Assembly: GCA_964627305.1 (NCBI GenBank)
Contig: CAZVHP010000001.1
Span: forward strand, 454,171 to 518,170
Origin: an uncultured Ignavibacteriales bacterium
GTDB taxonomy: Bacteria; Zixibacteria; MSB-5A5; GN15; FEB-12
Direction: 5' to 3'
Length of the DNA stretch: 64,000 nucleotides
Within the stretch, counting starts at the first letter, position 1. Every line of letters starts with the position of its first letter. This document shows, piece after piece, positions 27,907 through 35,754 of the stretch. The position numbers and the translations under genes were made by a program. The notes under the pieces were generated by a model, which was not told the origin of the DNA, searched no databases, and saw nothing but the letters and a program-made list of their open reading frames with translations.

Positions 27907-28674
27907 CTATTCCTGCGGAATGACTCCGTCCGCTCTCCACCTTACCATAGCAGGATCGAGATGCTTGAGGAAAAAGCTCTCGAAAGAAATCACATTAACC
28001 TTGTCGGCATAGCACTTCTCGCGAATAGCCTCGGGCACAACGAGGTAAATGCGACTCTTGAGCATTTCCGGCAGGTCTCTCGCAGCCACCTTCTCGTCTA
28101 TGGTAGCGAGGAAGAACTGGTGTCCCTGTGTCCCCTCGGTTGTAATCTGACGCCATCGTTCTCGCAGCGTTCGCTTAACCGTGAATATGATGCAGTCCAT
28201 CGCATTGTTCCTGTAGTGCTCAATGCTTGGTAACAGAAAGTCCGGCTGCCCGTTGATGATGGCCTGCGGGGTGTACGGATAACCCAGGGTCTTGAACAGA
28301 ACCTTGATGACGTGTTCAAACGCTTTTCCTGCACGAGGTCGACGTCCCTGCGACAATCCCAAAAAGAAGCGATCAAGCGCCCAGAAGTTGGACTCGAGCA
28401 TATCAAAGAACTGCTCTGCGGTGGCACCGGGTGACAACTCTCTCCCGAGCACTTGCCTGAAAGCGTGAGTGGCCGCCGGTCGTTCTGCTTCCAAATACAA
28501 CCGATAGGCCTCATCTTGAATCCGCTTTACAAGCTCACTGAAGTTCTTCTTAATCCACTCGTTGTCAGATTCGTGGGTATCCAGAACACTCTTCATCGCC
28601 TCCACGCAGATGTCGTACCCGGTTGGGAGCGCAAACTCGCTCTTGAGAGCCGCAAGAACCGATTCTTCATTCAT
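27907..28674 (-). CDS. type II restriction endonuclease, CCGG-family (Cfr10I/NgoMIV/Ecl18kI/PspGI/EcoRII-C-like) active-site arrangement
   Basis: 255 aa, located between an m5C MTase gene and vsr. It has QPDF (D145), then TVK (K167) 22 residues later, RER at K+4..+6 and Glu at K+13. This is the atypical PD...(S/T)xK...E arrangement with the R-(D/E)-R recognition motif of that family, as I recall the literature. Confidence 0.7.
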   Translation of the reverse strand: MNEESVLAALKSEFALPTGYDICVEAMKSVLDTHESDNEWIKKNFSELVKRIQDEAYRLYLEAERPAATHAFRQVLGRELSPGATAEQFFDMLESNFWALDRFFLGLSQGRRPRAGKAFEHVIKVLFKTLGYPYTPQAIINGQPDFLLPSIEHYRNNAMDCIIFTVKRTLRERWRQITTEGTQGHQFFLATIDEKVAARDLPEMLKSRIYLVVPEAIREKCYADKVNVISFESFFLKHLDPAMVRWRADGVIPQE

Positions 28675-28692
28675 GTAGTATCTTTGACGGGA

Positions 28693-29874
28693 CTACGGCC
28701 GCTTCAGCAGACAACCATTACCTTGACGTTGCAGTTGCCATGCCATCACCTTAACGACCTGCCGCCCGACAGCCTCCACGACTTTGGGAACCACAGCATT
28801 GCCAAACTGCCTGTAAGCTTGCGTATCTGACACCACAATGTCAAGTGAATCATCGAACCCCATAAGCCGTGCGGCCTCTCGCGGTGTGAGCCGCCTTGGA
28901 TTCCCGCCATTACGCGGAATCAGGACTTCTGATCCGTCCTTGTAGTATCGAGCACTCAGTGTGCGACTGATACCATCCAGATTTGTCAGGCCGTATCCGA
29001 AACCATTCCCCTTCGCCTTATGTGCTTCTGCATACTTCTGCAAGTAGTCCCAGAGATGATCACTGAGAACGAACTTGCTGTCTGGCTTACTCTCAAGTAT
29101 TGTCCTAAGCCGCTGCGCTGCCTTTGGCGGTTCGGGAAACTCGAACGGCGGGTTCGCCCCGAAAAGACGTTTGTCAAAACAGATAATGAAAACCCGCTCT
29201 CGATGCTGCGGAACCCAGGCGGCGGCATCAATGATCTTGTGGAATACAACATACTCCAGTTCCTCGAGCGCCGATCTGATCACCAGCCATGTCCGTCCCT
29301 TGTCATGCGACAGCAAGTTCTTCACGTTTTCGAGCATCATAACCGGCGGGCGCTTGACCTCTGCGATACGAGCTATGTGAAAAAATAGGGTTCCCTGCGT
29401 CTGATCCTTGAACCCGTGCTCTCTTCCGAGACTCTTCTTCTTGGACACCCCGGCAATCGAAAAGGGCTGGCAAGGAAAACCCGCAGCAAGGAGGTCATGA
29501 TCCGGAACGGAATTGGCGTCTATCTCGCGTATGTCGCCGGCGGGCACTTCGCCAAACCACCGGTGGTAAGTCTTCTGAGCGTGTTTGTCCCACTCACAAG
29601 AGAACATGCAATGCCCACCCACCCGCTGCAACCCAAGACGAAAACCGCCTATGCCGGCGAACAAATCAATGAAGGTAAACGGCAAAGATATCGTCGTCAT
29701 CAACGTATTGCGCGCATTCGACTTGAAAAGGTCCTGCTGTGCTCTGTCCCCTTTTGCCTCTCGCAGAAGGTCAAGCAGGAACTCCTTCTGGCCGAGCATC
29801 TTCCGGTGCCTCTCCTGCTCTATCCATTCTTTGACCTCATCCGGAACGTCACGTATGAGAAGCTGCTTTGCCAC
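28693..29874 (-). CDS. DNA (cytosine-5)-methyltransferase with N-terminal ribbon-helix-helix-like domain
   Basis: Motif I FIDLFAGIGGF, IV GFPCQPFS, VI ENVKNL, VIII QHRERVFI, X FGNAVVP. About 60 aa precede motif I, and LLIRDVPDEVKEWIEQERHRKMLGQKEFLLDLLRE resembles Arc/FitA-type RHH domains. Start placed at the second GTG (29874), 6 nt after AAGGAG; GTG 29880 is also possible. Confidence 0.9.
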   Translation of the reverse strand: MAKQLLIRDVPDEVKEWIEQERHRKMLGQKEFLLDLLREAKGDRAQQDLFKSNARNTLMTTISLPFTFIDLFAGIGGFRLGLQRVGGHCMFSCEWDKHAQKTYHRWFGEVPAGDIREIDANSVPDHDLLAAGFPCQPFSIAGVSKKKSLGREHGFKDQTQGTLFFHIARIAEVKRPPVMMLENVKNLLSHDKGRTWLVIRSALEELEYVVFHKIIDAAAWVPQHRERVFIICFDKRLFGANPPFEFPEPPKAAQRLRTILESKPDSKFVLSDHLWDYLQKYAEAHKAKGNGFGYGLTNLDGISRTLSARYYKDGSEVLIPRNGGNPRRLTPREAARLMGFDDSLDIVVSDTQAYRQFGNAVVPKVVEAVGRQVVKVMAWQLQRQGNGCLLKRP

Positions 29875-29899
29875 CGACACCTCCTTCGCGGGGAATGCT

Positions 29900-29937
29900 T
29901 GATATCAATGATATCACAGATACCCCGCGATTGTCAA
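29900..29937 (-). promoter_or_regulatory. promoter TTGACA-N18-TATCAT with two tandem palindromic 8-mers (TGATATCA) overlapping the -10
   Basis: On the minus strand the -35 TTGACA is plus 29932-29937 and the -10 TATCAT is plus 29908-29913. TGATATCA occurs at 29900-29907 and 29909-29916, and each copy is self-complementary. This lies directly upstream of the MTase start. Confidence 0.45.
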
Positions 29938-29961
29938 CCGGAAAGCTGGCTGTCTGAGCGA

Positions 29962-30219
29962 TCACCTTATGATTCTGGTCGCCAGATTCAGCACTCGATC
30001 AATGTCAGAAAGCATCTCCTTTGGAAGCAGATCCCCACATTCCTCGCGTATTCTCCGAAGGCACTCGTAGAGTTCAGGCGCCCTCTGCAGCATGACCGCG
30101 TTCTCTGTGCTGACGTTCCAGTCCTGGTGATCGATGACCGGCTCGCCGTTGGCATCGCTCAGTATCCCATAGTCCGTCCACTCCCAGGGCGCGGGGGAGT
30201 ATCCTTCGTTTTCAGTCAT
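29962..30219 (-). CDS. small hypothetical protein (85 aa)
   Basis: Track ORF 29962-30276 trimmed to MTENEGYSPAPWEW. It has lower GC like the R-M genes. No family recognised, so coding status is uncertain. Confidence 0.35.
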   Translation of the reverse strand: MTENEGYSPAPWEWTDYGILSDANGEPVIDHQDWNVSTENAVMLQRAPELYECLRRIREECGDLLPKEMLSDIDRVLNLATRIIR

Positions 30220-30307
30220 CCGGAACCTCCCTTGGTTTGACTGCCAGAAGTTACACAGCGTTTCATGTCCGCACAATCACATTCGGAACATGATCAATTA
30301 CCCCCCC

Positions 30308-31141
30308 TCAGAATCGCTTCAGGTCCCTCCTGCCGAAAGTCCACTCCGGGGTGACCAGCGTATCACCAAAACCAACTGAATACCACGGACTCAGGCGCGA
30401 ATCTGAGGGATTCCGCAGCACATGCATATCCTGCGCAGGCATGTAGCTCTGGGCGACCAGAAAGACCACATCGCCCGATTCCCTGTTGACCGCCACGTCG
30501 AGTACCATAACCGCATGGCCGGGGAACCCGCCCTGTATGAAAACATCCCCGATACGGATCTGCCTGATGTCATCCACACGAAGCAGTTCCTTGCTCAGCG
30601 AGTACGAACCGGCATACGTGAAGATTACATTCAGGTACTGCCGAAATGATCCGTAACTTGAATCCGGCTGAGCTTTCTTCTCCCATCTGACATCGGAACC
30701 ATTTACGACCGGCCTGAAACCGGACATCCACTGCCGGTAAGACGCCGTATCTCCAGACGTGAAGCAAAAGCGGATCGAATCGTACTCCGCGCGTGAGTAC
30801 AAATACTCCGCCCTCAATCGCATCACCGCATCAGCACACTGCTGGAGATCCCGATTGCCGACATCGATATCCAATACAGCCCAGTGCGCCGACTGGTTAG
30901 CCTTCAGCGCGCCATTGTAGAGCCGAACCGAATGCTCCCCGGTCCTGACGGGAAGACTCCTCAGCCAATGCGCGAACGATCCTGTGTCTGCCTCAGGGCG
31001 CTGGTAACCCTCGGGAACAGAGATCGCCTCATGCAGCCTGATGGAGTTACTCCGGTCATACTCCCAATGGCAGGCCTGCGCCACACAGACCGCCGGACAC
31101 AGAACGAGAAAGCAGTGGAAGCACATAAGAAGGTGCTTCAT
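30308..31141 (-). CDS. secreted protein, DUF4846-like
   Basis: 277 aa with a signal peptide. LQQCADAVMRLRAEYLY, IGDVFIQGGFPGHAVMVLDVA and VAQSYMPAQDMHVLRNP resemble DUF4846 proteins of Bacteroidota as I recall them. Confidence 0.5.
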   Translation of the reverse strand: MKHLLMCFHCFLVLCPAVCVAQACHWEYDRSNSIRLHEAISVPEGYQRPEADTGSFAHWLRSLPVRTGEHSVRLYNGALKANQSAHWAVLDIDVGNRDLQQCADAVMRLRAEYLYSRAEYDSIRFCFTSGDTASYRQWMSGFRPVVNGSDVRWEKKAQPDSSYGSFRQYLNVIFTYAGSYSLSKELLRVDDIRQIRIGDVFIQGGFPGHAVMVLDVAVNRESGDVVFLVAQSYMPAQDMHVLRNPSDSRLSPWYSVGFGDTLVTPEWTFGRRDLKRF

Positions 31142-31231
31142 TCGCTCGCCTCACCGGGCAGATTCAGTTCCCAACACGCTGGCCTGATCTTCACTCCACC
31201 GGGCCTCCTGCCAATCCGCCACATCATCTCC

Positions 31232-32098
31232 CTATATCCCCAGCTTACCGAGTACCTCCGGAATATCATTGAATGTCCGGCAGGGATGCGCCCCAGCCGC
31301 CGCAAGAGCATCAAGCTTCTCCCTGGCCGTGCCCATCTTGCCCTCCACAATCGCGCCCGCGTGACCCATGCGCTTACCGGGAGGAGCAAACATCCCGCCG
31401 ATCATCGCCAGCACCGGCGTTTTCATCTGGCTGACTCGTTCACACGCCCTTTCCTCATACACCCCGCCGATCTCGCCGCACATGACCACCGCCCGCGTAT
31501 CCGGATCCTCCTCAAACTTCCAGAGTATCTCGTCGAACGTGCTCCCCAGCACCGGGTCGCCTCCCAGCCCCACACAGGTCGACTCGCCATATCCCGACCG
31601 CGTCAACGTATCGGCCACATAGTAAGTAATCGAACCTGAGCGGCTCACCGTCCCCACCCGCCCCGGCTTGAATGCAATATCGGGCATGATCCCCAGGTTC
31701 GCCTGACCCGGCGTGATAACCCCCGCCGTGTTGCCGCCGATAACCGTGGCGCCATGCGCTATGGCCTCCCGCCGCACGTGCAGCATATCGTGAATGGGTA
31801 TATGCTCCGGGATGACCACCAGAAAACGCACCCCCGCCCGGATCGCCTCGATCGCCGCCTCCTTGACAAACTGCGGCGGCAGGAAGATCACCGATACATC
31901 AGCGCCGGTCTCCTTCACACACTCCGCCACCGTATCGAAAACCGGCCGATGATGCACCACCTGGCCACCCTTGCCGGGCGTCACCCCGCCGACAATATTG
32001 GTGCCGTAGACAATCATTCGCTCGCTATGGAACTTGCCCGCACCGCCGGTGATTCCCTGCACCATGACCCGCGACTCTCTCGTAACCAGAATAGCCAT
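31232..32098 (-). CDS. sucD: succinate--CoA ligase subunit alpha
   Basis: 288 aa. Motifs: VMVQGITGGAGKFHSERM, GGVTPGKGG and the phosphohistidine loop RMGHAGAIV. Confidence 0.9.
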   Translation of the reverse strand: MAILVTRESRVMVQGITGGAGKFHSERMIVYGTNIVGGVTPGKGGQVVHHRPVFDTVAECVKETGADVSVIFLPPQFVKEAAIEAIRAGVRFLVVIPEHIPIHDMLHVRREAIAHGATVIGGNTAGVITPGQANLGIMPDIAFKPGRVGTVSRSGSITYYVADTLTRSGYGESTCVGLGGDPVLGSTFDEILWKFEEDPDTRAVVMCGEIGGVYEERACERVSQMKTPVLAMIGGMFAPPGKRMGHAGAIVEGKMGTAREKLDALAAAGAHPCRTFNDIPEVLGKLGI

Positions 32099-33297
32099 CA
32101 GTTACCCCCTTCTGCCTGTCGAGCCAGTTCCACTGCGCGCCTGGATATCTCCTCGATCGGGGTCTCGATCCCATGTGCCTCGACATGTTGGAACAACTCC
32201 GGGTTGGCTGCCTTCTCTTCTTCGAACAACCGCACCCCCTCTTCCCACATATTGCCCGTCATGCGCATTACCATCGGCTTGGACAGACCGTGCTCCTTGA
32301 GAAACATGATCACCCCCTTCGCGAAATCATCGCAGCGCGAAATTCCTCCGAAACGCGCCCCGAATATCGCCTTCACACTGGGGTTTTCCTCGAGCAGCAC
32401 CAGCATCTTCGCGATCCGCTCAGGCGAGGGACCACCTCCCGAATCCATGAAGTTGGCCGGCTGCCCGCCGTAATAGTGAATGAAGTCATTCCCCATGATG
32501 CCAAACCCCGCCCCGCCGGGAAACATTCCGATATTGCCGTCAAGATCAAGATAGGGGATACCCCACTCGTGCGCCTGGCGCTCACGCTCCGTCATCTCGC
32601 CTTCCTCGTGACGGTCTTCGATCCCCATCTCCTTCACCTCCGGGTGGCGAAACATCGCATCATCATCCAGCGACACACGGCTGTCGGCCGCAATCAGCGC
32701 GCCGTCCTCTGTCAGCACCAGCGGGTTGATCTCGACCAGCTTGGCATCGCAGGCCAAAAACAGCTTGTGAAGCTGCTGAATGATCCGCGCTCCCTCCTTG
32801 AGCAACTCCTGCGGGATGCCTATCTTCTTGGCCAGCGACAGCGCGTCGAAACCGTACAGCTCATCGGCGATATCCATGGAAAACCGGTGAATCTTCTCCG
32901 GCGAGCGCGCCGCCGTCTCCTCAATATCGACCCCGCCCTCGCCCGAACCGATCACCACCACCTTGTAGTTGGCCCGGTCAATCGTGACCCCAAGATAATA
33001 CTCCTGCCTGATCTTCAGCGCCGGCTCGACAAGCACGCTGTTGACCGGATAGCCCTTGATTGTCAGCTTGAACAACTCCCGGGCAGTGGTCTTGCCTTCA
33101 TTGGAGCCGCCCACAACTCTGATTCCCCCGGCCTTGCCGCGACCACCGGTCAGCACCTGACTTTTCAGCACCACCGGGGCATCCATGTGGCTCACCGCCT
33201 CGAATACCTGGTCCGGCGTCCTGGCCAGTTTGGAAAGCTGAACGGGAATCCCGTATTTCCCGAATAGCTGCTTGCCTTCAAACTCGTACAGTCTCAT
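32098..33297 (-). CDS. sucC: succinate--CoA ligase subunit beta
   Basis: 399 aa. It has MRLYEFEGKQLFGKYGIPV, ATP-grasp features (VLKSQVLTGGRGKAGGI) and a C-terminal ligase-CoA domain. The stop overlaps the sucD start. Confidence 0.9.
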   Translation of the reverse strand: MRLYEFEGKQLFGKYGIPVQLSKLARTPDQVFEAVSHMDAPVVLKSQVLTGGRGKAGGIRVVGGSNEGKTTARELFKLTIKGYPVNSVLVEPALKIRQEYYLGVTIDRANYKVVVIGSGEGGVDIEETAARSPEKIHRFSMDIADELYGFDALSLAKKIGIPQELLKEGARIIQQLHKLFLACDAKLVEINPLVLTEDGALIAADSRVSLDDDAMFRHPEVKEMGIEDRHEEGEMTERERQAHEWGIPYLDLDGNIGMFPGGAGFGIMGNDFIHYYGGQPANFMDSGGGPSPERIAKMLVLLEENPSVKAIFGARFGGISRCDDFAKGVIMFLKEHGLSKPMVMRMTGNMWEEGVRLFEEEKAANPELFQHVEAHGIETPIEEISRRAVELARQAEGGN

Positions 33298-33595
33298 GTC
33301 TTTCGTGTATCTCGTCTATCTATGAGTGGTTCATCTTACTTGTCGTACTCTAACGCCCGGCGCCGCTGAACGTAACAACTGCCGTGCTGCATCATCAGCA
33401 CACCGGAACAGCGGGCCTGACAAATGGTGATATGCCATCCCGCGCGACGGTCATCTGGACCGATTCAGCCCAATTTAGGTCTTTCAACCCAAAAGTCAAT
33501 GCCGGTCGGGTCCCTTCCTGCCTCAACGGTACCAGTGCCCACACAGACACACCAGCGCTCGTCATCCCAATGTCGACATGTTGCTGCATTATCTC

Positions 33596-33624
33596 TTGAC
33601 CCGCACTCTCCTGCCGGGTATTCT
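33596..33624 (+). promoter_or_regulatory. candidate promoter TTGACC-N17-TATTCT
   Basis: Motif match 42 nt upstream of GTG 33666 (RBS AAGGGAG). Confidence 0.35.
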
Positions 33625-33665
33625 GCATCAAGGCACTTCATCAGGTAGTCAAAAGGGAGCGCTCT

Positions 33666-34241
33666 GTGTCTATCAAATGTATCAGCGTTCTTTCTGTCAT
33701 ACTCGTGTTCTCTGTGGCCGGCAGTGTTTTGTCGTTCGACGGTCAGTGCAAGGGCCCCGTCCTCGGCATTGGCTTCGGCGCAGGATCGGCCCACTTCAGC
33801 GGTGATGCAAGCCTTTACAACCGTGCCCGCGATGTCTCGGAGACCGAGACCGCCACTACCTTGCAGTTCGTCCTTGGCTGGGGCATCGACCATCGTAACA
33901 TTCTCGCCGTCGAGATGACGGGGAGCGCCTTCAAGGCTGATCTATTCAAACGCAGTGTCGTCGCTGAAGGCATCACCGGACTCTATTGATACCGCTACTT
34001 CGGCAGGGAGGGACGCTCGTGGTTTATTAACATGGGGGTGGGGCGCTATGTCTTCAATCCGGAGGACTTCCCCTGCGTCCGGGGACCCGGGTTGCTGGTC
34101 GGCGGTGGCTATGAGATCACCCGGCACGGTCAGGTGCGCTTGGCGGCCATGCTTGCCCGGACAGAACGCACGCTGAATGACCGGAACCTTGATCTGACTC
34201 ATCAGTCGGTGATACTGACAGTCTCCTGTTTCGCCTACTGA
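33666..34241 (+). pseudogene. small outer-membrane beta-barrel protein gene interrupted by one in-frame TGA (33987-33989)
   Basis: Track ORFs 33666-33989 and 34032-34241 are in the same frame, and the 42 nt between them is open. The joined product (191 aa) has a signal peptide, alternating beta-strand pattern and terminal aromatic ...SCFAY. The stop sits in GITGLY*YRYFG, where TGG (Trp) would fit. Confidence 0.6.
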
Positions 34242-34363
34242 CACCGAACACGATTGCGGACGCCGAACCTCAGGCTTCAGCTCCAACCCCTGCAGTTTCG
34301 ACAACACGACGCGAAATCAACACCCGCAATATCGCCCGTAACTGTCAGATGAACAGCAAGCAT

Positions 34364-34394
34364 GGGACGGCCCATCCCGCCTCTGGCGGGCTGG
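34364..34394. repeat. REP-like intergenic repeat, divergent copy A
   Basis: GGGACGGCCCATCCCGCCTCTGGCGGGCTGG contains the hairpin CCCGCC-TCT-GGCGGG. It is about 70% similar to copies B and C. Confidence 0.5.
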
Positions 34395-34487
34395 CCACCT
34401 CCTGTAGGGAAGAATGCCGAAGGCGTTCTGCCACGTACAACTTCACCCACCGATATCGTCTCTAACCGACAGCTCAGCAGTACGCAT

Positions 34488-34524
34488 GGGGTGCCCCATC
34501 CCGGCTCCGGCGGGGTGGGTTTCC
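34488..34524. repeat. REP-like intergenic repeat, copy B
   Basis: GGGGTGCCCCATCCCGGCTCCGGCGGGGTGGGTTTCC matches copy C at 35 of 37 nt. Confidence 0.7.
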
Positions 34525-34743
34525 TCTTTGAACGTTCCCGTGCGCGGCAGCCTCTCCCGGCCTGCCCGAGGTCTGGTGAAGGGGCAGGCTACGACGCCCG
34601 CTGTCCACATCGAAAGAGTTCGCCAAGGCAAAGGACCTGTTGAGAAATCCTGGCGAATGCCCCACAACTCCCCGCTGGACAAACCGCCCCAAAACCCTAT
34701 CTTTCCCCCCGGAACAACAAACCCCAAACTCAGGCTCGCTCAC

Positions 34744-35754
34744 ATGGCATTCGTCGTAGCTCGACAATTCCGCGGCAACAACATCGAGGCCATCCACTAC
34801 GCCACCATCGTCGTCGTCGACGCCCGCGGCAGGATCACCCATGCCCTCGGCGACCCCGAACAACCCTTCATGACCCGCTCCTCCATCAAACCGTTTCAGG
34901 TCCTGCCGCTGCTCAACTCCGGCGCCGCCGACCGCTATGGCTTCACTTCCCGGCAACTTGCCATCATGTGCGGCTCCCACAACGGCTCCGATGACCACCG
35001 CCGGATTGTCATGCAGAACCTCGAGGCCGCCGGCAACACCCCGAACCTTTTGCAGTGTGGCACCCACTGGCCACTGCAGATGCAACTCGAACAGGACTAC
35101 CCCGCCAGCGGCGAAGACCGCGACCCCGTTCGCCACAACTGCTCCGGCAAACACTCCGGCTTTCTGGCGCTCGCCCGCCACATTGGTCAGGAACCGGAAA
35201 CCTACCTTGATCCCGACTCGGAACTGCAAACCAGGGTCCGCCACGCTATCGCCGCCATGACCGACTACCCCGCCGACCGCCTCGTTCCGGCTGTCGATGG
35301 CTGCTCGGCCCCCAACTACGCCCTCCCGCTGTACAACCTCGCCCTCGGCTTCATGCGCCTGGCCACCCTGCAAGGCCCTGACCCCACCACGACCGAGGCC
35401 CTCCGACGGGTCCGCGAGGCCATGTGGGCACACCCCGAGATGGTCTCCGGCAAGCATCGCATTGACCTCGATGTCATGCGCTCCTTCCCCGGCAATGTCG
35501 TCTGCAAGGTCGGCGCCGAGGGAGTGGAGGGAATCGGTTTCGCCGACCCCCCGATCGGCATCGCTCTGAAAATCCACGATGGCGCCGGACGCGCCCGCCC
35601 GCCGGTCATTGTCGAAACCCTCAGGCAACTGGGAATTATTGACAATATCGCCCGTTTTCCGTTTCTTATGAATAGAGAGCGCCCCCAGGTCAGCAACAAC
35701 CGCGACCTGCTCACGGGGCACATTGTTGCCGACTTCAAACTGCGGGAGACATGA
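34744..35754 (+). CDS. asparaginase II family protein
   Basis: Track ORF 34414-35754 trimmed to ATG 34744, because the upstream part runs through the repeats. Motifs: TRSSIKPFQVLPLL, IMCGSHNGSDDH and HNCSGKHSGFLALA, typical of the Asparaginase_II family. Confidence 0.8.
   Translation: MAFVVARQFRGNNIEAIHYATIVVVDARGRITHALGDPEQPFMTRSSIKPFQVLPLLNSGAADRYGFTSRQLAIMCGSHNGSDDHRRIVMQNLEAAGNTPNLLQCGTHWPLQMQLEQDYPASGEDRDPVRHNCSGKHSGFLALARHIGQEPETYLDPDSELQTRVRHAIAAMTDYPADRLVPAVDGCSAPNYALPLYNLALGFMRLATLQGPDPTTTEALRRVREAMWAHPEMVSGKHRIDLDVMRSFPGNVVCKVGAEGVEGIGFADPPIGIALKIHDGAGRARPPVIVETLRQLGIIDNIARFPFLMNRERPQVSNNRDLLTGHIVADFKLRET

Noticed and set aside
33987-33989. In-frame TGA as selenocysteine or as a reassigned codon (a YedF-like gene is present at 15.8 kb)
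   Set aside because: No convincing SECIS-like stem-loop lies immediately downstream. An OMP strand is an implausible Sec context. TGA clearly terminates many well-defined genes here (for example mglB, pilC, the kinase, porU).
34414-34743. N-terminal 110-aa extension of the asparaginase-family ORF in the track
   Set aside because: The extension runs through the REP-like repeats (it translates as GCPIPAPAGWVS, also seen at 38.2 kb in another ORF) and has no coding-like composition. ATG 34744 (MAFVVARQF) starts the conserved domain.
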